Origin: an uncultured Candidatus Rokubacteria bacterium
GTDB lineage: Bacteria; Methylomirabilota; Methylomirabilia; Rokubacteriales; DASRDR01
Assembly: GCA_963805625.1 (NCBI GenBank)
Contig: CAWDVE010000017.1
Coordinates: forward strand, 704,001 to 768,000
Direction of reading: 5' to 3'
DNA: 64,000 bases
In this document: positions 50,624 through 62,742 of the stretch, piece by piece
How the letters are laid out: each line of letters opens with the position of its first letter
Numbering within the stretch: position 1 is the first letter of the stretch
The notes under the pieces: model-generated
What the model saw: the letters and a program-made list of their open reading frames with translations, nothing else
Databases searched by the model: none
What the model was told of the DNA's origin: nothing
Made by a program: the position numbers and the translations under genes

Positions 50624-52104
50624 GAGAGCCGGCTCACATCGAAGACGTGATAGCCCCAGCCCGGCATGTCGAGGTAGAGCCCTGACGTCAGCAGTTCATC
50701 CCCGCTCCGGTCGTACACCGCGGAGCTCATCCGATCCTGCAGGCGCGCGGAATGCCCGCGAAGCTCGTCGAACGGCAGGCGGACACGGCACTGGCCCTGA
50801 TTCCCCGCGTAGTTGACGGCCGTCAGCAGCCGCTGGCCCCCGCTGCCCTGCCAGCACCAGGCGATGAAGCCATCCCAGGTCCAGTTGCCCTCCCAGGCGG
50901 GCACGCACTCGAGGAGGCGCCACTCGCCGTCCCGAACGGTCGGCTGCCGGAGCACCGCCAGGAGCGCGTCGTAGAACGGGCGGACGGTTTCGTCGACGGG
51001 CTCCATGGGCGCCCGAACCAGGTGCGGCGAGATGCGCGCCCGGCGACCCTCGAGCTGTCCTTGATGGAGAAATCGCAAGCCCGGCGACAGGAATGTGACG
51101 ACGGCCGCGGCCTGGTGCATGCCGGGCGGGAAGGTGGCGGCGGCCCGCGGCTCGTCGTGGTTCTCCAGGAAGCGAGCGAGCTTGCTCTGGTAGTCGAGCC
51201 CGGCGTACAGGTGCTCGCGGACCGGCCGGGCGTGTCCCTCGCGCAGCCGGTCGTAGAGGCGCTTGTCGTAGGCGTAGTCGAACCCCTGCTGCAGCATCGT
51301 CCACTCGAGGTCCCAGTAGACCTCGGCCATGAAGCGGAAGCCCGGCACGCGCTCCCGCACGCGCTGGGTCACCCGCGGCCAGAAGGGCGGCGCCCGGCGG
51401 CCCCAGGTCCGCTCGAAGACGTGGGGCAGGACGAGCATCGCCATGTCGCAGCGGACGCCGTCGCACTGCCCGCTGATCTTCAGGAGCTCGTCCAGCATGG
51501 CCTCCTGCGTGGCCACGTTGCTGTAGTCGAGCTGGAGGGTGTCCGGCCACCCGGAGAAGTACGGGTCCCGGCCGTGCGCCAGGAGCCGGAGACCCTGCCT
51601 CCGCTTGACCCAGATGTAGTTCTGCGGCGCCCGGGCCAGGTCCGCTTCGGTGCCGGGCACGTAGTATTCGGGATGACCCTCGACCCACGGGTGGTCCAGC
51701 GCGGTGTGATTCGGAACGAAGTCGAGCATGAGCCGGAGGCCGCGCTTCCGGAGGCGCTCGCGCAGCCGGGCCAGCGCCGCGTCGCCTCCCAGGCTCTCGT
51801 GCACCGTGTAGCCGGTGATCGCGAACCCGGAGCCGGCGATGTCGTCCTCGCGCAAGTCCGGCAGGGTCGCTTCGAACTCCCGCCGCCACTCGTGGTTCTC
51901 GCGCGAGGCCCGCTGTCCGGCCAGCCCCGTCCGCCACACGCTGAGGAGCCAGACCCAGTCGAACCCCATGCCGGCCACGCGGTCCAGGTCGGCGTCGGGA
52001 ACGTCGTCCAGCGTGGCGGGCCGGCCCAGGATCCGGGACCGCTCCGTCAGCCAGACGCGGGTGTTGATCTGGTAGAGCGACGGGTAGATCGGGGCGGGCC
52101 GCAT
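50620..52104 (-). CDS. GH13 alpha-amylase-family glycosyl hydrolase
   Basis: 'LDFVPNH','DGVRCDMAM','FMAEVYW','FLENHDEPR' (D/E/D triad); GGAGG before ATG 52104. Confidence 0.92.
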   Translation of the reverse strand: MRPAPIYPSLYQINTRVWLTERSRILGRPATLDDVPDADLDRVAGMGFDWVWLLSVWRTGLAGQRASRENHEWRREFEATLPDLREDDIAGSGFAITGYTVHESLGGDAALARLRERLRKRGLRLMLDFVPNHTALDHPWVEGHPEYYVPGTEADLARAPQNYIWVKRRQGLRLLAHGRDPYFSGWPDTLQLDYSNVATQEAMLDELLKISGQCDGVRCDMAMLVLPHVFERTWGRRAPPFWPRVTQRVRERVPGFRFMAEVYWDLEWTMLQQGFDYAYDKRLYDRLREGHARPVREHLYAGLDYQSKLARFLENHDEPRAAATFPPGMHQAAAVVTFLSPGLRFLHQGQLEGRRARISPHLVRAPMEPVDETVRPFYDALLAVLRQPTVRDGEWRLLECVPAWEGNWTWDGFIAWCWQGSGGQRLLTAVNYAGNQGQCRVRLPFDELRGHSARLQDRMSSAVYDRSGDELLTSGLYLDMPGWGYHVFDVSRLS

Positions 52105-52118
52105 GAGCTGGGCCTCCA

Positions 52119-53204
52119 TCACTGCGTCGGGATCGTTAGGACGGGGGCGCCGTCCTTCGCGCCGGTCTCGACGAGCGTGAAGATGAACATCAGGAAGCTG
52201 AACAGCCGCTTCGACGGCATGTCGCGGTCGTCGATCCAGAACCAGTAGCCGCGGTAGGGCACGGCCAGGAAGGCGTCGGCCGGCCGGTCCGGAGAGCTCC
52301 CGATGCGGATCAGGGGCCGGATGGGGCCTCTCGGTCCCACCTCCGGTTCCGCCGTCGGCGTCACGCGTCGGTCGGTGACGTGGGCCTCGGGGACGTCGAT
52401 GAAGGACGAGAGGTCCACCAGGATCTCCAGGATGGACCGGCTGAGAATCGCGATCTGCGTGTCGTTGGCCGCCACCGCGCCGTAGACGACCTGAAACTCC
52501 CGGCCGGCGGGATCGAGGCCCAGCAGCTGCCGGACGGCCAGCATGTCCGCCTCGAGACTCGGGTCCACCTTCTGCCGTAAGGTCATCAGCACGGCCTCGT
52601 CCCGATCGATCCGGCGCACCCGGAGGCCGATCGCCCCCGAGAGCTGGATCCGGCGGAGCCGCTCCAGGAGGACGTAGAACTCCGGGTCCGCAGGTCGCGC
52701 CCGCGCGTCGCCCCCGAAGCGGTTGTCGATACCGTTCACGACGTGGACCGCGAGCCGCAGGACCAGGTCCACCGGATTCCCAGCCTGGATCATACTCAGC
52801 AGAGCGGCCGGGGGAATCGGCGTCATCATCGAGCGGGCGAAGCGCTCGCCCGAGAGCGGCGCGTACGTGATGGTTGGCCGGTCGGTGTACTGCCCCTGGG
52901 CGCCGAGGGTCACGCTGCTGTTCGGCACCCCCGGCACCACCCCGCTCGTGCTGAAGACGCTGCCCCCCGCCGTGAAGGTGCTCTGCACCGTGTAGCCGCT
53001 CACGATCTGCCCCACGTCCAGGAACACCGGGGTGTCGCCGTATCGGAGCTTCACCAGGTTGAGCAGCATCTGGCTCTTCCAGGACTCGGCCACCGCCCCG
53101 GTGTAGTCGAACCGGTCCCGCGTCACCGTGCCCGGGCCGATGCTAGCGCATCCCGACACGGCGAGCGCGGTGAGGAGCAGGACCGCCGGCTTCGGTCGGC
53201 TCAA
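52119..53204 (-). CDS. Hypothetical lipoprotein
   Basis: Lipobox 'VSGC'; 'DRFDY..AV..SWK.QMLLNLVKLRY.D.PVFLDV','PTITYAPL.G','YWFWIDD.D..SK'. Confidence 0.75.
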   Translation of the reverse strand: MSRPKPAVLLLTALAVSGCASIGPGTVTRDRFDYTGAVAESWKSQMLLNLVKLRYGDTPVFLDVGQIVSGYTVQSTFTAGGSVFSTSGVVPGVPNSSVTLGAQGQYTDRPTITYAPLSGERFARSMMTPIPPAALLSMIQAGNPVDLVLRLAVHVVNGIDNRFGGDARARPADPEFYVLLERLRRIQLSGAIGLRVRRIDRDEAVLMTLRQKVDPSLEADMLAVRQLLGLDPAGREFQVVYGAVAANDTQIAILSRSILEILVDLSSFIDVPEAHVTDRRVTPTAEPEVGPRGPIRPLIRIGSSPDRPADAFLAVPYRGYWFWIDDRDMPSKRLFSFLMFIFTLVETGAKDGAPVLTIPTQ

Positions 53205-53205
53205 C

Positions 53206-55990
<2,785 letters not shown>

Positions 55991-56234
55991 CGAACGCCCC
56001 TTCATGCCGACGCGGCACAGCGGTCGCGCCGCCCAGTGTCTCGTCATCTCGGAATGTTTGCCGCGCCAACGTTCACGTTCGCGACCTTCCCGCCTGTCGA
56101 TCGTGCGGCTCCGGTGGCCGGTATCTCGACACCGGCCACCGGGCCAGGCCCGTCAGGTCGCGACGGTCATTGCCTCACCGCCTACGGAATCCGTCCTCCC
56201 ATCCGGGGCGAGCGGCACATCGGGAGGACCAAGG

Positions 56235-56927
56235 CTAACGGCCGCCCGCGAGCTTGGCGACCGCCCCGATGAGTGGGTCCGCCTCGGGGCTCGTCACCGT
56301 GCCTTTGATGAGGATGTCAGTCGGGCTCACCGGCTTGCCATAGAAGGCCTGATTCAGGGCCGTGCGAACTCCCACGACCGAGCCGTCAACGGAGAATCCG
56401 CCGTAGAGGCCCTTCGATATCGAGAAGCTGATCAGGTCCGCGCTGAGACCCGCCGTGGCCGCGGTCGCGCCCCCGCCGACGGGTCCCGCCGCGACACTGA
56501 TGTCGGCCCCGAGCTTCACCTGGGGGCTGAGTAGCTTGGTGACCCCGCGCTCGGTCATCGCCAGGATGACGACCTCGGCCGCGTCCGCCCCCGCCTGGAA
56601 GCCGAAGCTCGCCCCGCCCAGGGTGTGGAAGGCGGGCCCGCGCCACTTCCCGGCCTTCTCGTCCTTCGCGACCAGGACGCCGGTACCCCCGGACGCCCCG
56701 ACGATGAACGCGCCGCGAAGCATCTGGGGCATGATGAGCATCCCCTTGGCCTTCTTCGCGAGATCACGCAAGGTTCCCATGTTCGGGTCAGTCTGGAATT
56801 GCTCCACCGTGAGCTTCGCCTTCTCGACGATCTGTCGCGCATCCTGGGCGTCGTCCGCCCGCGCCGCCGTCGCTCCCAGGAGGAGCGCCATCGTCACCGC
56901 CACCGTTCCGGTCACTCGCAGCCGCAT
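56235..56927 (-). CDS. Secreted Ysc84/SYLF lipid-binding domain protein
   Basis: Signal peptide; 'AKGMLIMP','GASGGTGVLV','GGASFGFQAG','LGADISVAAGPVG','SKGLYGG.SVDG'. Confidence 0.9.
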   Translation of the reverse strand: MRLRVTGTVAVTMALLLGATAARADDAQDARQIVEKAKLTVEQFQTDPNMGTLRDLAKKAKGMLIMPQMLRGAFIVGASGGTGVLVAKDEKAGKWRGPAFHTLGGASFGFQAGADAAEVVILAMTERGVTKLLSPQVKLGADISVAAGPVGGGATAATAGLSADLISFSISKGLYGGFSVDGSVVGVRTALNQAFYGKPVSPTDILIKGTVTSPEADPLIGAVAKLAGGR

Positions 56928-56976
56928 CGTTCCCCTCCTCTGCTGAACGCCGCTTCGCTCCGCCGGACGCGGCACG

Positions 56977-57091
56977 TCACTTCCCGCCGCGGACGACGTC
57001 GATCTGCGCGCGTCGCTGCTCCTTGAACACGCTCTGCTCGCGATCGAGCGCCTTGCGGATCCGCCGTACGAGGCCGCTCGAAGCTGGCCAT
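56977..57091 (-). CDS. Putative 37-aa small protein (needs one +1 frameshift correction near 57073)
   Basis: GGGGAG RBS + ATG; MASFER|LVRRIRKALDREQSVFKEQRRAQIDVVRGGK-stop; span 115 nt. Confidence 0.4.
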
Positions 57092-57100
57092 GCTCCCCAT

Positions 57101-57142
57101 CCGGCCGCTGCTGGCCGGCCGCTGCTGGCCGGCCGCTGCTGG
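57101..57142. repeat. Exact 14-bp tandem repeat x3
   Basis: CCGGCCGCTGCTGG x3. Confidence 0.85.
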
Positions 57143-57233
57143 CCCCCTTCGGTCATGCTACCCGATCTGGCGATCGCGTCCGGTCCTGCCACCGGGCCGG
57201 GCGGGCCCGACCCGATCCTCAGTCGGCCCGAGA

Positions 57234-57725
57234 TCACGCGGGCCGCCCCGCCGCGCGAGCCACGCGGTTAGCCAGCGCGCGGGCGATGGCGTAGGGCGTC
57301 GTGATCAGGACCGGCCCCACGACGAGCGCCGCCCCCGGGTACGACTGCCCGAGGATCACCCACTGGAAAACGGAGTCGAGCAGGATACCCACGAGCAGGA
57401 GGTTGGCGACCGACGCGAGGCCGTCCCGCATGAGCTCGTGGCGGTGCTCGCGATCGGTCACCAGGCCCAGGAGGTATGGCGGTCGTGCCGCCCGCGCGTC
57501 AGCCCTGCCGCTCCGGATTCCCAGGATGGTCGCGACCAGCGGCTGCAGGATGAACCGGAAGCGACCGGGGCCCATCAAGCGCTTCGGCAGGTCCTCGACG
57601 AACGCGCGTGAAAACAGGTAGAAGCCGCCCCGGTCGAACGCCTCACGCAGGGAGCCCGGCACCGACAGCAGGAGCACCAGCAGCGTGAGGCCGGCAAGCC
57701 CGAGCGTGAGTCGTCCTGTCCGCAT
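57234..57725 (-). CDS. Hypothetical membrane protein
   Basis: 'GPGRFRFILQPLVA..LGIR.G..DAR..RPPY','LDSVFQ','PYAIAR..ANR'; start may be 57773. Confidence 0.7.
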   Translation of the reverse strand: MRTGRLTLGLAGLTLLVLLLSVPGSLREAFDRGGFYLFSRAFVEDLPKRLMGPGRFRFILQPLVATILGIRSGRADARAARPPYLLGLVTDREHRHELMRDGLASVANLLLVGILLDSVFQWVILGQSYPGAALVVGPVLITTPYAIARALANRVARAAGRPA

Positions 57726-57806
57726 CGCTGCGCCTCGGCGAGCGGGCGGACTGGGCTCCGGCACCTGCATCACGAGCGCTCGCTCCGCCGATCCGGATCC
57801 GGCCGA

Positions 57807-59501
57807 CTAGCGTCCCGCCGCCATCATGGCCACGAGGACCGGCCCCCAGGCGGTCAGCAGGATGTTGCCGATCGCGTACGGCACGGTGTAGCCGATGGCC
57901 GGCACCCTGCTCTGGGACTCCTCCTGGAGGGCGCGAAGCGCAGCCGTGATCGTCCCAGCGCCCGCGCAAGCGCCCAGGAGGATGACGGGGTTCATCCGCA
58001 GCACATATCTTCCGAAGAGAATCGTCACGATGTGCGGAGTCAGGGAGCAGATCAGGCCCACGATCACGAGGCTGATACCGGTCTTCTGGAGCCCGGCCAC
58101 GAAGCCGGGGCCGGCCGTGATCCCGACCACGCCGATGAAGACGCAGAGGCCGACGGTGTCGAAGATCCAGATCGCCGCCTCCGGGATCCTTCCGAAGAAC
58201 GGCCGCACCGACCGGAGCCAGCCGAACACGAGGCCCATGATGAGGGCACCGCCGCTGGCGGTGAGGGTCAGTGGCACACCGGCGACGACCACCGACAGGA
58301 GGCCGACGAAGCCCCCGAGCACGATGCCGGTGCCGACGAAGATCATGTCCGTGGCAGCAGTGGGGCGATCGGGGTACCCGAGCTCCTTGACCACCTTTTC
58401 GACCGCGGGCTTCGGGCCGATCAGGGTTGCGACGTCGCCCCGGTCGAGGCGCGTCTCGGGGGCAACCGGCATCTCTTCGCTGGCCCGCGCGAGCTTCTGC
58501 AGGAAGACGCCGCGGGCGAACTCGCCTCTCGCCAGCTCCCCCAGGCTCTTCCCGGCCAGGGCCTTGTTCGTGACCACCACGTCCAGCACTGCGATCGGGA
58601 TGTCGAGCAGGTCCCGGTCCTGGACCTCCGGGCCGATGGCGCTCCCGCGCTCCACGTGGAGGTCGAGGCGCGTGGCCACTGCCACCACGTCGTCCCGGCG
58701 GATCACCGTGGTCGGCTCGGCATCGAGGAGGGCGCCCTGCCGGCGGACTCGCAGGATGAAGGCCCGGAAGTCCCTGGGCAGCGCCTCGAGCTGGCCGACC
58801 GTCTTGTCGACGATGGCGTCGTTGGTCACCCGGTAGGCCCGGACGTCGAATCGACGGGCCGCCGAGGCGACCCCGGGCTCCGCTTCCTTGCCACCCGGCC
58901 CATGCGCTTGCATTTTCGCGGCCTCTTCGCGGAGATTGATGCCCATGAGCTTGGGCCCGATCGTGGGGATGAACCACACGAGGACGGCCGTGCCGACCAA
59001 GTACGTGACCGCATAGGCGATGGGAATGTTGTTGACGAAGCGCGTCTTCTCCTCGGCCGAGATCGTCGCCAGCCGGTTGATGGCGTCGCCGGCGGTCCCG
59101 ATCACCGTGGACTCGGAGAACGCCCCGGCCAGGAGCCCGGCCGCGGTCCCCATGTCGTAGCCGAGCACCTTCGCGGCGACGAAGGCGGCCACGAGGCACG
59201 TGACGCAGAGGACGACCGTGACCAGGACCTGCGAGACCGCGTCCTTCTTCAGGCCCCGGAAGAATTGCGGCCCGACCTTGTAGCCGGTCGTGAAGAGGAA
59301 CAGGTCGAAGAAGACGGTCTTGACGATCCCGGGAACCTGGATGCTGAGCTGGCCGACGAGTACGCCCGCCAGCAGCGTGCCCACCACCGTCCCGAAGCTG
59401 AAGCTCCCGATCTTGGCCTTTCCGATGAGAAAGCCCAGCGCCAGCGTGAGGAAGATCGCCAGCTCGGGATTGTGCCGGAGGGCATCGACGAACCAGCTCA
59501 T
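57807..59501 (-). CDS. aspT: Aspartate:alanine antiporter (AAE family, two TrkA-C domains)
   Basis: 'PELAIFLTLALG','GYKVGPQFF','YAVTYL.GT','GYTVPYAIGNILLT.WG'. Confidence 0.92.
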   Translation of the reverse strand: MSWFVDALRHNPELAIFLTLALGFLIGKAKIGSFSFGTVVGTLLAGVLVGQLSIQVPGIVKTVFFDLFLFTTGYKVGPQFFRGLKKDAVSQVLVTVVLCVTCLVAAFVAAKVLGYDMGTAAGLLAGAFSESTVIGTAGDAINRLATISAEEKTRFVNNIPIAYAVTYLVGTAVLVWFIPTIGPKLMGINLREEAAKMQAHGPGGKEAEPGVASAARRFDVRAYRVTNDAIVDKTVGQLEALPRDFRAFILRVRRQGALLDAEPTTVIRRDDVVAVATRLDLHVERGSAIGPEVQDRDLLDIPIAVLDVVVTNKALAGKSLGELARGEFARGVFLQKLARASEEMPVAPETRLDRGDVATLIGPKPAVEKVVKELGYPDRPTAATDMIFVGTGIVLGGFVGLLSVVVAGVPLTLTASGGALIMGLVFGWLRSVRPFFGRIPEAAIWIFDTVGLCVFIGVVGITAGPGFVAGLQKTGISLVIVGLICSLTPHIVTILFGRYVLRMNPVILLGACAGAGTITAALRALQEESQSRVPAIGYTVPYAIGNILLTAWGPVLVAMMAAGR

Positions 59502-59645
59502 CTATTGACCCCCTTGTTCCGTCAGACTCTCTCCAACGACGCCATCGCCGTCACAAGCGAGCCAGCGCCCGGAGATGCGACGGGCGCTGGCTCGGACGGC
59601 CGTGCCGACTGCGCGCGGAGTACCCCCGTCCTGCCGACGGTCACC

Positions 59646-60114
59646 CTACTTCGGGGGGAAGGCGGCCAGAATGCCCTCGACCGCTTTGCTCAGGTCACCG
59701 GACGCCGCGTCCGTGCTGATGGAGCCGGACGCCGTCCCCCGCCAGATCAGCGTTCGGCCGTCGGGTCGGTACACGTTCAGGTCGAGTATCCTGAGTTCGT
59801 AGCCCTCGGACGCTGCCGACCGGGTAGTTCTCGAGCCTGACCAAGATGACGAAGTCAGGGGTGGCCGTCGCTCTGGTGAATCCCTTCTTCGCCAGGAGCG
59901 GGTCGGCGAGGAACTGGACATTCGCCTCGACGAGACTGCTCTGCGAGTAGGCCGCCGCCGGCCCGGGCGCCCACGCGTAGCTCTTGAGGGCGCCGAAGTT
60001 CGTCGACGGGTCGTAGGAATGGTTGATGGCGGTCGCGCAGCCTCCCCCGATCAGGATCATCAGAGGAGCGACGGCTGCCACGAGAACCCGGGCCGCTCGC
60101 CTCCGTCCTAGCAT
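59646..60114 (-). CDS. DUF4136-like lipoprotein with +1 frameshift near 59822
   Basis: 'GGC' lipobox,'YDPSTNF..LKSYAW','L.KKGF' | 'LIWRG.A','AVEGILAAFPP'; span 3n+1. Confidence 0.75.
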
Positions 60115-60173
60115 GCTCGCTCCTCCATCGCCATCTTTTCAGCCCACATCACCCGGCCGATCGAGCGAGGGGG

Positions 60174-60797
60174 TCACTTCTTCGCTGACTTGTCGAGGGC
60201 GATGGCCAGGGCGCGCGTGTAGGTGATCTCGACGAGATCGCCCACCTTCATCGCGTCCAGGTTCTTCGGGTCACGCGCCTTGACGGTCTCGGTGCTCCCG
60301 TCCGGGCCCTTGACGGTCACCGTGCCCGCCTTCTTGTCGATTTCGACGATGGTCACGGTCACGGTGATCTGCTCCCCGACGGCCCCGGCCGGCGTGGCGC
60401 CGGGTTTGGAGGAGGCCATGCCTTGCTGGGCGGTCACCCCCGGGGTCGCGGTGCCTGGCTTCTTCACCTCGAGTGCCAGCGCCTCGTAGTACTTGCCCAC
60501 CACCGGGTCGCCCACCTTGATCGCCTCGAGCTTCTTGGGGTCCTGGACCTTTACGGTCAGAGTCCGCTTCGGTCCCTTGATGGTGACCGTCTGCTTCTCC
60601 TTGTCGATCGCCTCCACGGTACCCCGCAGCGTGACGACGGCGGCCTCTTGCACCTTTGGCTTGCCCGCCTCCGGCGCCTTCGGCTTGGCGGCGGGCGCCG
60701 TGGCCTGCGCCACGACAGGAGCCGTTGCGCGGCTCGCGCCAAACGCGACCCCGGGGACAAGCGCGCTCACCAGCAATCCGACAACGAGTGTCTTCAC
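60174..60797 (-). CDS. Secreted hypothetical protein with two OB-fold-like repeats
   Basis: Signal peptide; duplicated 'V..IDK...TVT.KGP...T.K..DPK.L.A.KVGD.V...Y..ALA'; AAGGGG before GTG 60797. Confidence 0.7.
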   Translation of the reverse strand: MKTLVVGLLVSALVPGVAFGASRATAPVVAQATAPAAKPKAPEAGKPKVQEAAVVTLRGTVEAIDKEKQTVTIKGPKRTLTVKVQDPKKLEAIKVGDPVVGKYYEALALEVKKPGTATPGVTAQQGMASSKPGATPAGAVGEQITVTVTIVEIDKKAGTVTVKGPDGSTETVKARDPKNLDAMKVGDLVEITYTRALAIALDKSAKK

Positions 60798-60974
60798 CGC
60801 TTTCCCCTTGCTGTACACCGCCATGGCGTCTCCGAGGTATCCGGCAACCCGGATCGTCGTGAGATCCGGCGCCTCCGATGCGGTCAGTTCAAAGGCCATC
60901 TTCCAGCTCCTCCTCCGAGTCAGATGACAGGCAACATGAACGGGTGGTAGCGGGGCGGACATGACATGCCCTCC

Positions 60975-62621
60975 TTATCGAACGTCCCGCCTACGAGCCG
61001 TGGGCACAGCCGGCGTGCCGCCCTTACCCGTGGCGGCCTGATAGGCCTGATTGTAGCCGCGCGCGATGGCGCGCACCGCCCGGCCGATGTCGTCGTAGAC
61101 GTGATCATCCAGGTTCGCGAACGATATGCGCACCGACCAGTCCGGAGCGGCAAAGCCGCTGCCGTTGAGCAGGACGATGCCGTGGTCCTCGGCCAGCCGG
61201 AACACGATGTCGAGCGGATGCACGTTCGCCTTCATCCACTTGACCATGTCCTCGCTCAGGTACTTGCGGGCCCAGAACTCGAAGTCGATCAGGCCGTAGT
61301 AGTAGTCGAAGTACTCGTTCGGGCTGACTTCGATGCCCAGCCCCTCGATCGTCGCCTCGACCCGCTTCTTGACGATGCCGATGCAGGCCTTCTGATAGGC
61401 CTTCTTCTCGTCCATCAGCTCGCTCAGCGAGAACAGCGTCATCATGACCTGCTGGGGGAGCGACAGGCCCGCCGTGTGATTCAGCGCGACGTCGCGGCTG
61501 TCCGCCACGATGCGGTCGATGAAGGCGAGCTTGCGGGGCTCGAGCGTGAGCCCGCCGTAGCGCTTGTCGAGCAGCTTCTTGATGGGCTCGGGATGCTGGG
61601 CGATCATTTCGTCGAAGATATTGTCCTCATGGACCGCGACCGTGCCCAGGCGCCAGCCGGTGCAGCCGAAGTACTTGCTGTACGAGTAGACGCCGATGGT
61701 GTTCTTCGGGAACTCCCCCATCAGCGAACGGAAGCCCGGCACGAAGGTGCCGTAGACGTCGTCCGTCAGCAGGATGAGATCCGGCCGCTTCTTGAGGACG
61801 GCCCCGATCTTCTTGATCGTGTCGGGTGACAGCGCCACGGCGAACGGGTTGCCGGGGTTGACGATGAAGAACGCCTTGATCTTCGGGTCGAGGAGCTTCT
61901 TGATCTCTTCATCCGGGTACTGAAATCGGACCTCCTGCTTGGCGTGCACCTCGACGTACTTGAGGTCGTAGTCCTCGAGGTGCGCCATCTCGAGGTACGG
62001 AGTGAAGATCGGCACGCCGAGCGCAATCGTGTCGCCGGGGTTGATGATCCGGTTGCTTTTCAGCGACTTGAAGATGTAGCACATGGCGGCGGTGCCGCCC
62101 TCGACCGCGTACAGCTTGAACTTGCCTTTCGGCCGCGGGGTCCCGCACATCGCCCACTGCAGGTACTCGTGGACGACCTGTTCATTATGCACCAGCATGC
62201 GGTCCGGCACCGGATAGTGGTCGCCGATGATGGAATCCACCAGCTCGTGCACGAACTTGTCGGGGTCAAAACCGAACTTCTTTACCGCCCACGGCACCAT
62301 CGCCTGCAGGAAGGGGGCGCCCGGCATGTCGTCGTGCTTCTTCAGCCAGGCCTCAAGCCGGCCGGCAACACCCGACGCCTTGGGCATGCCACCCACGCCC
62401 GGCGGCAGGTCGAGCACGCGCTTGCTCTCAGTGACCGCGAACTGCCCGAGCAGGAAGAACGCTTCGCGCGGCTCGGTGGCGACCCAGTTCGGGTTGCCGC
62501 GACCGGCGTTCAGGTACGAGATGGACGCCTCCTGCGCGGTCTTCGACGCGACCTTGGCGAGGAAGTCCTTGATCTCGAACGGACCCAGCTTCTCGTACTG
62601 TTTGAGCTTCATGTCGTCCAT
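60975..62621 (-). CDS. aspD: L-aspartate 4-(beta-)decarboxylase, PLP-dependent
   Basis: 'LNAGRGNPNW','YPVPDRML','EGGTAAM.YIF.SL','TDDVYGTF','SYSKYFGCTGWRLG','LNHTAGLS.PQQ'. Confidence 0.95.
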   Translation of the reverse strand: MDDMKLKQYEKLGPFEIKDFLAKVASKTAQEASISYLNAGRGNPNWVATEPREAFFLLGQFAVTESKRVLDLPPGVGGMPKASGVAGRLEAWLKKHDDMPGAPFLQAMVPWAVKKFGFDPDKFVHELVDSIIGDHYPVPDRMLVHNEQVVHEYLQWAMCGTPRPKGKFKLYAVEGGTAAMCYIFKSLKSNRIINPGDTIALGVPIFTPYLEMAHLEDYDLKYVEVHAKQEVRFQYPDEEIKKLLDPKIKAFFIVNPGNPFAVALSPDTIKKIGAVLKKRPDLILLTDDVYGTFVPGFRSLMGEFPKNTIGVYSYSKYFGCTGWRLGTVAVHEDNIFDEMIAQHPEPIKKLLDKRYGGLTLEPRKLAFIDRIVADSRDVALNHTAGLSLPQQVMMTLFSLSELMDEKKAYQKACIGIVKKRVEATIEGLGIEVSPNEYFDYYYGLIDFEFWARKYLSEDMVKWMKANVHPLDIVFRLAEDHGIVLLNGSGFAAPDWSVRISFANLDDHVYDDIGRAVRAIARGYNQAYQAATGKGGTPAVPTARRRDVR

Positions 62622-62742
62622 TGATTGTTCCTTGTAAGCTTGGCGTTGTTAGCGGCCGGCGCGATGAGCTTATCCCCCGGCTCGAAGGGGCTCAGCGTTC
62701 AGAAGCGCGCACTGCTGGCGGAGCGTCACGAGGTTCATGGCG

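Noticed and set aside
62660-62740. Possible structured RNA or terminator between aspT and aspD
   Set aside because: Only a short imperfect GC stem, no U-tract or recognisable riboswitch motif
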